Part shown: one piece after another, positions 52,405 to 64,000 of the stretch
How positions within the stretch are numbered: the first letter of the stretch is position 1
Layout: every line of letters starts with the position of its first letter
DNA from: the human T2T-CHM13v2.0 reference genome, Homo sapiens
Length of the DNA stretch: 64,000 bases
Reading direction: 5' to 3' (one strand)
NCBI RefSeq assembly: GCF_009914755.1
Contig: NC_060929.1
The notes under the pieces: model-generated
The model's input: the letters and a program-made list of their open reading frames with translations, nothing else
What the model was told of the DNA's origin: nothing
The model's database searches: none
Translations under genes and position numbers: made by a program

Positions 52405-52845
52405 TATGTGTGTGTGCACCGACTGCCTGCACATAGGTGTGTGCATAGGTTTGGATGTGTACACACAAGTACCTCTGTGAGCGTGCACCTGAATACATGT
52501 GTATATCTCTGTTATGGGATCATGTGTGCACATGTGCCTGTTTGGGTATGCACCTGTGTTCGTGTGTGCATGTATGCTCATTTGCATGTGCACGTGTGCA
52601 TGCTTTGTGTGCCTGTCTTTGGATACATGCAATGCTTTTGGGTATAGATGTCAGCGCCTGACTGTGCATTCAAATACATCCATACACACTTGAGTGGGTG
52701 TGCGCATGTTAGTGCCTGTGTGCACTCATGTGCTTGTGTGCGTACTTGCACTTGCATACATGTGTGCTCATGCATGTATGCAAGCACCTGCGTGAGTATG
52801 TGCACACATGCATGCTTGTGCCTGTGTTTCTAGGCATGTGTGCAC
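52405..52845. repeat. TG/CA-rich low-complexity alternating purine-pyrimidine tract
   Basis: Dense tgtgca, catgtg and tgcatg units. Confidence 0.85.
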
Positions 52846-52929
52846 CTGCTCCTGGTGCTATGGGAGAGGCAGTTCACATGGAGCCCAGGATGCTTACCCT
52901 CAGGTGCAGCTGGATGTGGAGATGGTCTT

Positions 52930-53132
52930 CCAGGCTCCAGCCCCGTTACCCTCGCCAGTCGCTTGACCTCTCTGAACCCCAATTTCCTCATCTTTAAGCC
53001 AAAGGTGCTCATGACTGAACCTTCCTCTTAGGGTCCCTGTGAGAACTGAGGACTTCACGTATATAAAGTGGCTAGCAAAGGGCCCCCCTCAAAGCATGTG
53101 CTATGCATGTGAATTATTATTATTATTATTAT
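52930..53132 (+). mobile_element. MIR with (ATT)n tail
   Basis: cgcttgacctctctgaaccccaatttcctcatctttaa..tgtgagaactgag..tataaagtggctagca. Confidence 0.7.
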
Positions 53133-55171
53133 TTTGACCCTTTTGTGCCTGCTGTCCTGGTTCACGTCAATGTGGGTGAAAAGTCCATGGTTTCACTATG
53201 TAGGTAGTATGAACCTGAAGCCATTCTTTTATCATAAATCTTCTTACCCCTTTATTGAATTTGGGAAATAATAAGTGCTCACACCTTTTGCTCTGCCTGG
53301 CACCTACATCTGCTTCCCAGCAGCCATCACACATGGTGCATTATGAAAATCCTGGTGAGATGTGACACAATTATGATGGAGATTGAAGCGTCCAGTGTAA
53401 TATATTTCACTCAGAGATGCCAACACTTACAATTCAAATCCCACCCTCACCCCATCAGGATTTGTTAGGTGAAATTAGTTTTAAAAAAAGATGAATAGAG
53501 ATGTAATTCTTTCTAAAGAACAAATCACCTCTACCATTCCTATTTAATTATTTAAAAAATATTCAAATGCTACTTGAAAAATTACCACATAATTTTTAAA
53601 ATTCTATACATGGGATTACATTTATACAAGTTTGCTAAGATGCAAGTGGCATTTGGAATAGTCAACAATTAGGCATTTTCCAAAGCATTTATTTTTGAAA
53701 GATGTCTGGCCTAAATATGTCATTATCATTAGAGTTTAGTGATTTTTACAATCAGAACATAGCTGTCAAAAGGGCTGGTTTTTGACATCATGGTTACTGT
53801 TGAGGAAAACCACAGCCCTGAATTTGAAAGCTCTTCTCCTAGGAGAGGCCCTTGCCTTTCACGGTGTCCCTCAGAAGAGGACGCCCACTTCCACGTGAAA
53901 CAAGACACAGCTGCTGTGGTGTCTGGGTGGGTGACCACTCACGGGTGCTGGATGATCCTGAGGTAGGTGAAGTTCTAAGGTAAAAGTAAAGTCCTAAGGT
54001 AAAAACAAACATACTGGGAAATTAAGTATGGAAAATAAGTGTTTGTGTGCTTATGAAGAAGGTTGAAGGAAACCAGCATGCCGTCCTTGCTATCCGGTCC
54101 AAGTCAAAAGTCTCTTTTGCCAGGCCAAAAGAGAAGCCGTGTTTCGGAGTTTCAGCTACCCTCTGAAATGCTTGCGATGAACCACGTGGTCGCTAGAGAG
54201 CTGCTAAGCCCACCAGTGCAGTGCTGAGGCTGGGCAGGAGGACACGGTGCACTGTCTCCATTTTTCCTGGGATGATTGAGCACCAGTAACCTGGATTTGA
54301 CATCCTTGATCTCCCCTTACACGAGTTTTTGGGATGTGCCTGTTTTCCTGGATGGTGTTCCCATCTGCTCACTTTTTAGGAGTCTCCCAGCTCCAAGGTT
54401 TTCCTGGCTGCCCTTCCATGGCCAGCGCCAGTTCTCCCCTGTGTGGGGTGTTCAACATCCTATTGGCTGCAGCACCAGCCTCACCCAAGGGAGGGTACCC
54501 AGCAAATGGAGCCCCCGTGCCAGCGGGAATCAGAGGTGTGGGAGTCCAAAGCGCAGAGTGCTGGGAAGGATCAGGAAGTGAAGGTCCCTCCAGGAGGAGC
54601 CTGGGTGCCACCTCTAATGAAGCAAACCAACCTCTGATGACCACTGTCCTGTGGGATCTGAGGATGCTGTGGGCCCTCCCTGGGGCAGGTGGTCTCTGTG
54701 GAGAGAGGATCCTTGGAGACACCCAGAGTTGGCCTGCGGTCATCTAGAAGGGCAAACTAAAGATTTCGGAACCCAGGAGACCCAGGCCAAGGCAGGCCCA
54801 TCAGAAGGATGAAGCAGCTCCTGGACGCGTCAGAGCAGGGCAGAAGTGTCTGTCCTGAATCCAAGCAAAAGAATAGAACAGCAATTGTTGGTGGTGATTT
54901 CTCCTTGCTCTGCAAAGCCAAAGTACCGGGTGTAGTTATTATATAAATGAAGAACGTTTGTTGTTACTTAAAATATCTGTATATATCTGGAGCCGGTTTC
55001 GGTATTCATACATTCCCAGAACTGGGGAGGGCACATTCTATCCAGGAATATTCTATGAAACCAGCTACGGGAAAATTCAGTGGAGATTGGGGAATTATGG
55101 TGCTGTATTTATGTTTTTTCTCTCATTCCTTTACTTTCCATAAAAGCACTTTCATTTTTCCTGGCAACCAC

Positions 55172-55544
55172 TGTGGATACAGAGTGAACTGTGTTTCTCC
55201 ACAATTCCTGTGTTTAAGCCCTAGCTCTCAATGTCATGGGATCTGGAGGTGGGGCCTGCAGGAGGTAACCAGTGTTAGATGAGGTCGTGAGAGCGAGAAC
55301 TATGCGATGTGATTGATCGGTGTCCTTATAAGAAGAGACCCAGGGAGCTTCCATATTCTCTGCCATGTAAGGACACAGCCTGCAGGAGGCCACCTCTGAG
55401 CCAGGAGGAGGCCCTCTGTGGAACTCGCCCTGCCAGCACCCTGGTCTCCGACTCCCAGCTTCCAGAGCCCTGGGACATGCGCTTGGCTGTTGAAGCTTCC
55501 CATTCCGTGGTGTTTTTGTTACAGCAGCGTGATCAGACTAAGAC
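55172..55544 (+). mobile_element. MLT1A-like MaLR solo LTR
   Basis: tggaggtggggcct..ttagatgaggtcgtgag..gtgtccttataagaagagac..ttttgttacagcagc..agactaagaca. Confidence 0.88.
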
Positions 55545-56744
55545 AGCTCTGCTCTGATTTGGTGACTCCATAATTTTTTATTAAACCAAAAATGTTTAAC
55601 CATTTCAATGTACTTTACAAGTTGCATCCACCTTTTTCAACATGGGCTTTTGTATAATGGATAAAAATATCTTTCTGGTAAAAATAGAAAACGACTTAAA
55701 TATTTTAATTTGAAATTTTCAATGTAAACTAAAAATATATATAAGCCAGCATAAAATGAAAGGACTTATTAATGGATTCAGACAAAATGAAAAAAATCAG
55801 AGTTAGCAAAGAATCTGAAGCAGTCAAAAGAATCATTGATTTATGGGAGGAAAACCTCCTGAATCCCAAGACGTGCCGTGAAACAATTAAACCTAAGCAT
55901 CTACCTGCAGTGGCCAGAAATTCTGCCCTGTGGAGTGATTGAGATTTGCCAGGATAGGTCTTTCCTGATGAGTAAACTCCAATTGATCAGTAAGAACCCG
56001 GTTGTGGAAGTTCAGCGACCACAGTATGCAGCTGGTCCGCTTCTATTACATCGTTGTTAAGCACTCAGTAAATGCCTTTTCAAGAATCATTCTGTCTTTA
56101 ATTAGCACACACTGGCTGTCCTATTAAACCGAAATTAAGTTCTTATTTGAAGCAGTTAATTTGGAGACTTAACCAAATGTGGACATCTGCAAGGTAGTAA
56201 TTTCAGTTCCAGCCACTGTCAGGATCCAGGCATTCTGTAATCCTGCAGGCTTAAAAGCTCGCCATTCCTCAGACAAATGCAGGTTCCACCTGACGGAGTG
56301 CAGACATGTTAGTGTGTGTGTGCGCACGTGTGTGCATGTGTGAGCATGTGCCCGTCTCTGTGTGTGTTTAGACTAAAGACCCCAGAGGCAAATGTTTCCA
56401 TCAAAAAAGCACAATTTATTAAGCATACAGTAAAATGACATTTCCATTGTGAAGCTTTGCAGTTTGTTAACTTTAGAAAACTCTACACAGCAAGGTGCCA
56501 CGAAGAATTGCTGCTGGGATGGGGAAGTCCTGGGTTGGGCTCAGTTCATTCACAGACTTGTTTTCCCAGCCCCTGCTTCCAGCTTTGTTTTAAAAAGATA
56601 TTTTCAGACTAAACATTTTCTGAGTCCTCTCAGTTCTAAAATTATGTCATGATAGAAGAATAATTAAATTGCAAGTTTTATAGTTAATTGTGCATTGTCT
56701 GGAATTCAAACATGTTTAATATTCCAGCACATTATCATTCCCAG

Positions 56745-57075
56745 TGTGAGAAACAAACATAGTCATTTAAACCCAAAGAATGGACTCAGAGACTCGGAGA
56801 ACTTACAACCTAAGTAGCTGGGCAGGCTGATAAGAACAGAAAAAATGAGCTATTTTGCAGGCTAGTAAACTTTTAACTTAGACTAAACTTCTTTGGTTCG
56901 GGTGAGGGAAACAAGTGGGGAGGGGGGCAGGTGGGGACGGGGAGGCTGACAAGCAGGCATCGGTGATCCAAGCATGGGCCTAGTGTATCCTATTTCTTCT
57001 GTAGTTTGCTGACCTAAGCCAGTTCAAGGCACTTTGTCTTGGAAATGGACCACTGCCTGCATTGTTTCCTTCACA
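56745..57075 (-). mobile_element. ERVL-type solo LTR (LTR47-like), apparently internally deleted
   Basis: TG..CA termini; tgtgagaaacaaac..aaacccaaagaatggactcagagac and gtagtttgctgacctaagcc..ggcactttgtcttggaaatggaccactg..ttccttcaca. The family name is from memory. Confidence 0.7.
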
Positions 57076-57577
57076 GGGCAGCTGTGATATTCCACTGAAG
57101 AGGGAATGAAAGTAGCACAGTTCTATATAAACACAAATATAAACATGCTTCTCAGAAATCTCTGTACTGATCATACTATGTTCCAGGGTCAGCCACCTAT
57201 AACTAGTCTTTAGCCAAAAGATGAACTCAAACACACACAGGGCAGATATGTGACATTGGATGGATGAAGGCAGGCTCTGTAAGTGCATTGTTAGTTCACA
57301 ATGGGTAATTTGAAGAGTCTACACTTCTCTAAAACTGTATGTAATCACAAATAGTGGCCGGAAAAACCTGGAGAGAGATAAGAGGATGCAATCCACACTT
57401 ATTTTTCCAATTAAATTATGTTACCTACAGAAAATGAGCAGTGTACTACACAACAAAGATTACTCAGCTAAGTCATTATATAAATAATTGTAATTTACAA
57501 ATAGTTGTTCTCAATGTATGTTTGTTATCCGAAAAAACACTGTCTCTGGTAATGAGGTGAGATTTATTTCTTGGTTA

Positions 57578-57752
57578 TTGCATTCTAGCTTCTATACACA
57601 CAGTCTTATTTAATCTTTACAGTAGCCAAGCGGAGCAAGCTTTATTCTCATTCTCGTTTTACAAATGAAGCAATAGAGGATCTGAGGGATTAACTAATTC
57701 GTGTAAGGTAACCCAGATACAAGTGCTGACCCTGGGATCCGAACCCATGCTG
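57578..57752 (-). mobile_element. MIR
   Basis: tcttatttaatctttacag..ttttacaaatgaagcaa..aaggtaacccag..ctgggatccgaaccca. Confidence 0.72.
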
Positions 57753-57879
57753 AGAAGAGGCTCTCTCCGCATCTCTCCCAACCCCAGCAGGAAAGCTGCA
57801 AAACTGCCTGAGAGAGCCGGCACTTCTAATATTTATTCCAGTAATCTGATTTCTTAAAACAACGTCCAATGTTTGAATT

Positions 57880-59580
57880 GCATGACGTCTCTAGTGTTTT
57901 TTGTTCTTTCTATTTTCTTTGCTCATTGAGTGTTTGTGTTTGACTTTTGTGAATTGCTGGGAGATCTTTGTTCATTTTTCTATCAAAGTGTTTCTTGTTC
58001 TGATAAATATTTGTGTTTTTAATAACTATTTTAATATAAAGATGATTTTTATACTCTATGGACACATAGTTTAATCTTTATTTTGTGGTTTTTTTTTTCC
58101 TTTGGCGTTATGCTTAGGAGGACTTTATAGGAAATTATAAACATAAATTCTCACTTGTTTTTATCTTCTGGCTTCCACTGCCTGATACAATGTAATTATT
58201 GAACACTTAAAATATGACTGCTCCAAAGTGAGATGTGCACACTAAATTGCAAAATCTTAGTATGAAAAAAAGAGTGGAAAAATTCAATTTTTATATTGAG
58301 TACCTGTTAAAATGATAATTTTGGATCTATTGGAATAAATAAAATGTATTATTAAAATCGATTTCACCTGTTTACTTGTACTTTTTTAATTTGGCTATTA
58401 CAAAATTTAAATTGCATATGTGACTTATATTATATTTCTGTTGCACAGTGTTTTTCTGCAGTATTTTAATTAATAAATGTATAATTTATATATAAGTACC
58501 TTCTACAATTTTTCTTAATGTCATTTAACTATTTAACTTTTTTTTCTAAATGGTTAAACAGTAGCTCAAAACCATTTTGTAAATAGTGCATGGTTTCCTA
58601 TGATCTGCAATGCTGAATTACAATATACAATATTCTTACTCAGAGTTGAGTCTGCCTCTGGGCTCACCATTTTTCGATTGGTATGCCTTTGTAAGATGCT
58701 CTATGACTTGGCATTTTAAAATGAAAATTTGTCATATATTTATTCTTTTAAGTAAATTTTAGAAGATTTAGACAAAATTTATGTTGAACTAGCACTTATT
58801 AACTAATTTATAAAAATTGACATATCATAATACTGAGAGTTCTACTCATTAGCTTATTCACATCTTTTCACATATGGTATTCTTTTATGTGCATTAGTAG
58901 GGTTAATTTTACATTTATCTCTGTATTTTTTCCCATGTACATGCACATGTGTGTGAATGCACCTCTTTACAAATCATATCTCTTTTTCCAAAGATTGCAT
59001 GTGTCTGTTGATATATAGAGTGTACATTTTGTGTGTATTGTAACAAACCACCTATCCTATTAGTTCCAATAGTTTTTCAGTTAAATCTTTTGAATTTCCA
59101 GGTAGACATTTTTATCTTCTGCAAATACTGAAAATGTTGTTTTTATAACCTCCATTATTCATAAATCTTATATTTTTCTTGCCTTATTGCATTGGCTTGA
59201 ACTGACAAGAAAAGATAATATTAACCAAGATCACTTATTGTTCTTAAAGTTAACATAAATTTCTCTTGTTTCAACTCCAAGTCTGACCTTGACTGTTTTA
59301 GATGAGATCTTGAAAACCATATACAAAGATTGCAATTTCCATTTGTAGATTACTAAGAGAATTTTTGATTAGTAATTAACATTTATTTTTGAAATATATT
59401 GTTAGCATCTACTTATCTGTTTTTGCCTATTTACTTGTTAATGTGAGGACTTATTTTAATAGTGGTCCTATCAAACACCACTGCATTCCAAAGGTGGAGT
59501 CAATTCACTCATGATGTATTTTCTGTCTAACATTCTCTCAATAGCACATCACTAATATCAGTACTGCACTGCATAAAGTA
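57880..59580 (-). mobile_element. Ancient L1 (L1ME-like) remnant interrupted by MER33
   Basis: T-rich with reverse L1 motifs: gagtctgcctctgggctc, ttgccttattgcattggcttgaac, ttttcagttaaatcttttgaatttccaggtagaca. Confidence 0.6.
58190..58452. mobile_element. MER33-like hAT-Charlie DNA transposon
   Basis: ttgaacacttaaaatatgact..tgagatgtgc..cttagtatgaaaaaa..ttcacctgttt..aaaatttaaattgcatatgtgact..tatatttctgttgcacagtg. Confidence 0.78.
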
Positions 59581-59722
59581 AATGTGGAGTTCATGAATCT
59601 CATGAGATTTTAAAATCTCAAATTTTAAAACTTCAATAGCAAACCAGGTTGAGGCATCTCAACACCCTCAGGAAGAGGGTACGGTGGGTTTCCCATGCTG
59701 ATGCTGCTGCCTTTCTCATCCC

Positions 59723-60078
59723 TGTCTTAGTTGGTTTAGCCTGTTACATCAAAACACCATCTACTGAGTGTCTTTTAAACAACAGAAACGTGTTGCTCAG
59801 TGTTCTGCAGGCTGGGAAATCTATGATCCAGGCACTGGCAGATTCAGTGTCTGCTGAGGATCACTTCCTGGTTCATAGGCTGTGTCTTCTCATGTCCTCC
59901 CAGGGGAAGTGACAGGGAGCTCTCTGGGGTCTCTTCTCATAAGGGCGCTAATCCTGTCATGAGGGCTTCACCATCATCCTAATTACCTCCCAAAAGAACC
60001 TATCGTAATACTGTCACCTTGGGGATTAGGATTTCAACACAGAAATTTAAGGAGGATGCAGACATTCAGATCACAACA
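59723..60078 (-). mobile_element. MLT1A/MSTD-like MaLR solo LTR
   Basis: tgtcttagt..taaacaacagaaa..ggcactggcagattcagtgtctg..ataagggcgctaatcc..ttaggatttcaaca..acattcagatcacaaca. Confidence 0.88.
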
Positions 60079-62599
60079 CCCCATCCAGGGGTCCCACGAC
60101 CCAGGGCTGTCTCAGAGAAGCTCCTGGTTCCCCATCCTTAAACTTGCTCTCTCTGTAATATTCTGTGCCTGTTTCCTTTTCTGTAGCCAAAATGACTTCA
60201 CTTTTTATTTTTAACTTTATTTCTCAAATCCCTGTCCATGCTTTTCAAAAGACATTATTTCAATATATTTCAAACTTTTTTTCAGTATAACTTTCTTAAA
60301 ATTATTTTTTCTTAAAGCTCCATGATATAAAAAGGAGAGAAAAGTAGTGTTTGAGTCGTATGAATTAATTTGATATGCTCAAATTTATATTTACACGTAG
60401 CAAAAATCAATCAGAAGATTGGGAGGTTTTGATTAATACAAACTTTAATTAGGTTATTTGTTAGACTCAAATTTGCCTTATTACTCAGTTTTTTGATAAT
60501 TTCTTCAGCTTGCAAAGCATCAAGGATCTTCTGACTTATAAAACTAAGCAGCTACAATTGGTAGCAACTTTTCTAATTGCTTGACTTGCAGATTGAAGTT
60601 GTGTTTCAGCTGAATTATTGTAGAAGCTTAAAAATGAAAAGGTATTGCTATTTCAAAGTTAAAATGCTAAGGATACCCAATAACACCAAACCACATCTTG
60701 TGTTTTCTGCGTACGTGATTTAGAGAGAGTCCATGAATTTGACATATATTTCCACAGTCAGTTTGAATCTTCATTCTTTCATATAAAATATTTATCAAAT
60801 GTGGCTTAAATAGTATCCAATGTCATTTTAATAAATCTCAGATACTTCAATCTTGACCTCGTTCAGGTATTTACTCAGAGTTTCAAAACAACCAGAATCT
60901 GGGTTGATTTGTTTCTTGAATTCCCATTTCTTCCCTGGCCCAAAGCATGGGTCTAAGCATTATGACATTTTGACCTTGAGTTGTCTAAATGAGGTTATTC
61001 AGCTTATTAAAAGTCAGATAAGAGACACTAAAACTTCCAAATATTAATGAACGTGTACTGTACTACTGGGGATGTGTTACCTTATTTTTTGCAACTATGA
61101 GGTGCCATGGGACTCACATGCAATTTTACACTAACAGATACACACAACAGATACACACACACACAGGCTTTGATTTAAAAATGACCAGGGGGAGCACCAG
61201 CCTTCATGACCAACTGGCCAAGTCTAAACATGTCAATGGTATATTCCAAAAAAGCAGACTACCAGAGCTCCTCAGTGACTTGTCAGGGTCTCCACTGGGT
61301 TCTGTCTTGTTTACAATGCATTGGTTTGTGTATTTGTCTAATATTTGAGTTTAAAAACATACTTTTTAGGGTAAAAGCAGAATCAAACATTTGTGGAACC
61401 AGAGGACCCTGGGTTTTCACAGAACCACAAAGCAGAGACATTGATTGATGAAAATGAGTTGACATGTTACCCCTCCTGGGATATTTGAATGTTGGTTGAA
61501 TTACTCTCTAATGTGTGATTACAGGCACTGTGGACAACTAATACAAGATTGTGGGTTAGGCTGACCTTCCTGTCCTTCTCCAATTGTGTTTCAGCAAAAC
61601 AACCTCATCTGTCACATTAAATTTATGTTGCAGTTTGAATTATATAGGATTTGAAATTTTGCTTATGTTTAATTTAAAAATCAGTTTTAGTTTTATGGTT
61701 GTATGGATGATACAAGCATGAGACACTTGTACCCACCATCCTATTTGTACGTATTTAGAAACATTGTAATAAAAGTCAATTCAGATGAAGAGGAGAGTCT
61801 ACAGGAATGACCCAGATTCAAGAATCATGGCTGGCAGATTTTAAGCTGAAATTTTAAGCATTATTGTTTTAAACCCTATAACAAATATAGAAAACATTGA
61901 AAACATATAATTATTAAAACTAGCCAAATGATATGAATGAGGTAAAAAATTCCAACCTCATAAAAAATTTAACACGTTGTCTGGCTTCTCAGGGACAACT
62001 GTCCCCTGCAGCCTCAAAGAAGCCTGAAAAAGTAAACCCACCCCCAAGTCACAGGTATGCCTTCTGCTTTGCCAAGGCGTTTTAAGGAAGAATAGAAACG
62101 TGTCAACTAGTTCAATTAGCCAAGGCTGCTACAACAGTCAATCAGAGGCTAGCGCCCAGCAGAGGGCCTCCCCACAGATGGGCATGTTGCAGCCAGGGGT
62201 TCAGCTGCATTTGGCCAGGAAGACACCCACACTCCACCTGCACCTCCATCTGTACTGCCCTGCACTGAGCACAGCTCTCAAGCCCCTCCTCTAATTCCCT
62301 CCCCTGCCTCTGTGGGGCCATGGCCACTGCCACATTGAAGGGTACCTGGGCTTCCCCTAGAAACCCCGGACTCCTCTGTGGTTTCCGGAGGCAATGCCAC
62401 ACACAGCAATCCAGCCATGTGGACAGTTCCGTAGCAAGGCTGCCTGAGTTCAAGCTCAGCATTGTCACTTACTCAGAGTGTGAGCTGCCTGTCACTCATG
62501 TTCAATAAAATGGCATGTGAGTACCTCACATTCAAGGTCTCCATCACTAGACTGAGCCACTAGGGCAGGGTCTCTTCTTCTTGCAGCTGTGAAGGGAAG

Positions 62600-62932
62600 A
62601 GGGCACCTCCTCACTCCCTTTGAAGATAGTCATAATCATGTGACTTGGTTAAGCCAATAAAATGGGAGTCAAAGTACCATGGATCACTTCTGAGGAGAAG
62701 AGTTTCATTGTCATTATTTTATTTGCTAACCCACGCTTTTCCTGGCTTTGACACTGGGGAAGGGCACACAGACAGAAAGCTGCCCTGAGACAATGCAACC
62801 TGCAGTGCAGGGCCAGCCTGTGGAGGGAGCCCTCCTGGGGAGACCACAGCCCACAAATGACAGTGTTGCAACAGGAAAGGAAGCTTTACCATGCTTGTTA
62901 CTGCAGCACACCTAGCTGATCCTGACTGCTAC
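62600..62932 (+). mobile_element. Old MaLR LTR (MLT1J/K-like)
   Basis: catgtgacttggttaagccaataaaatg..tcacttctgaggagaag..ttgttactgcagcacacctagctgatcctgactgctaca. Confidence 0.6.
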
Positions 62933-63214
62933 ACTATCTGTAGAACAGAGATGAAAAGTGGCTGTGTATAGTAAGCTGAGTGGCAATGCCTGGCCTGCTT
63001 GGTACTGCAGTGATGCAAGCAACCTTCGCTTGACAGATGGCTAATTCCTAGGTGTGCTATCATCTTTATTCCAGTGACCTGGTAGAATGTCTGGTAAGTA
63101 TTGTTTAGGTGTTGATAAATGTTTGTTGAGCAAAATTAAGAAGCCAGTTGAATAAATGTCACTGATATGATTGGATAATACCAATTTAAATTATATATGG
63201 AAGAAATTAGAGGC

Positions 63215-63555
63215 TGTTCTATGATCTGAATGTATCTCCCAAAATTCATGTTGAAACTTAATCGCCAATGGTATTAAGAGGTGGAGCTTTAGGAGATGGT
63301 TGCTCATGAGGGTGGAGCTCTCATGCATGGGATAAGTGGCTTCATAAAAGAGGATGGAGGGAAACCCTAGTGCCTTTTTCCCTTCCACCCTCTGTATCAT
63401 GTGAGGATGTCAGGAGATGACATCATCGCCAGACATTGAACCTTCTGGTTCTGTGACCTTGGACTCTCCACCTTCCCAACCAATGAGAAATCCATTTCCT
63501 TCTTTTATACTCAGTCTGTGGCATTTTGTTATAGCAACACAATTGGGCTGAGATG
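63215..63555 (+). mobile_element. MST (MSTB/C-like) MaLR solo LTR
   Basis: ctatgatctgaatgtatctcccaaaattcatgttgaaacttaatc..gaggtggagctttagg..cagtctgtggcattttgttatagcaacac. Confidence 0.87.
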
Positions 63556-63626
63556 CCATGTTTGAAGGATGATGCTGAAGTAACAGTGAATTCCACATAG
63601 ATTCCTAGCAAAATATCAACTTCCCC

Positions 63627-63982
63627 TGATATGGTTTGGCTGTGTCCCCACCCAAATCTCAAACTGTAGCTCCCATAATCCCCACGTGTCATGGGAGGGA
63701 CCTGGTTGGAGGTGATTGAATCATGAGGGCAGGTCTTTCCTGTACTGTTCTTGTGGTAGTTAATAAGTCTCAGGGGGATCTGATGGTTTTATAAAGGGGA
63801 GTTTCCCTGCACAAATTACCTCTTTGCCATGTAAGACATCCCTTTGCTCTTCCTTCATCTTCCGCCATGATTGTGAGGCCTCCCTCGTCATGTGGAACTG
63901 TGAGTCAATTAAACCTCTTTCTCTTATAAATTACCCAGTCTTGGGTATGTCCTTATCAGCAGTGTGAAAATGGACTAATACA
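63627..63982 (+). mobile_element. THE1 (THE1C/D-like) solo LTR
   Basis: tgatatggtttggctgtgtccccacccaaatctca..ttgtgaggcctcc..aattaaacctcttt..gtgtgaaaatggactaataca. Confidence 0.94.
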
Positions 63983-64000
63983 CCACCAAATGTTCTTGTT

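Overview
This is primate (human-like) non-coding genomic DNA, judged from AluY/AluS, L1PA, THE1, MLT/MST LTRs, MER DNA transposons and MIR. I cannot place the locus or name a host gene, and I cannot support any protein-coding gene. The long ORFs in the track come from CA/TG-rich repeats, minisatellites or Alu/L1/LTR sequence, or have no recognisable domain. The window alternates between repeat-poor unique sequence, some of it enhancer-like, and transposon-dense blocks such as the nested L1 block at about 40.8-47 kb. It also holds several minisatellites. I found no new multi-gene system. The best observations are small retrotransposition and structural events: (1) a 37-nt 5' half of tRNA-Gly(TCC) inserted with a target-site duplication (TSD) and no tail at 15093-15129; (2) an L1PA 3' end carrying an apparent ~94-bp 3' transduction with its own AATAAA and second poly-A, all within one TSD, at 44633-45317; (3) a tail-to-tail inverted Alu pair only 22 bp apart with overlapping TSDs at 5988-6616; (4) an 11 x 56-bp VNTR whose unit carries splice-site-like motifs on both strands; (5) a perfect 28-bp-arm palindrome at a TA tract that replaces an LTR end; (6) a diverged ~175-bp dispersed duplication. 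Repeat family and subfamily names are recalled from consensus sequences and need RepeatMasker/Dfam confirmation. Boundaries of old elements are approximate.
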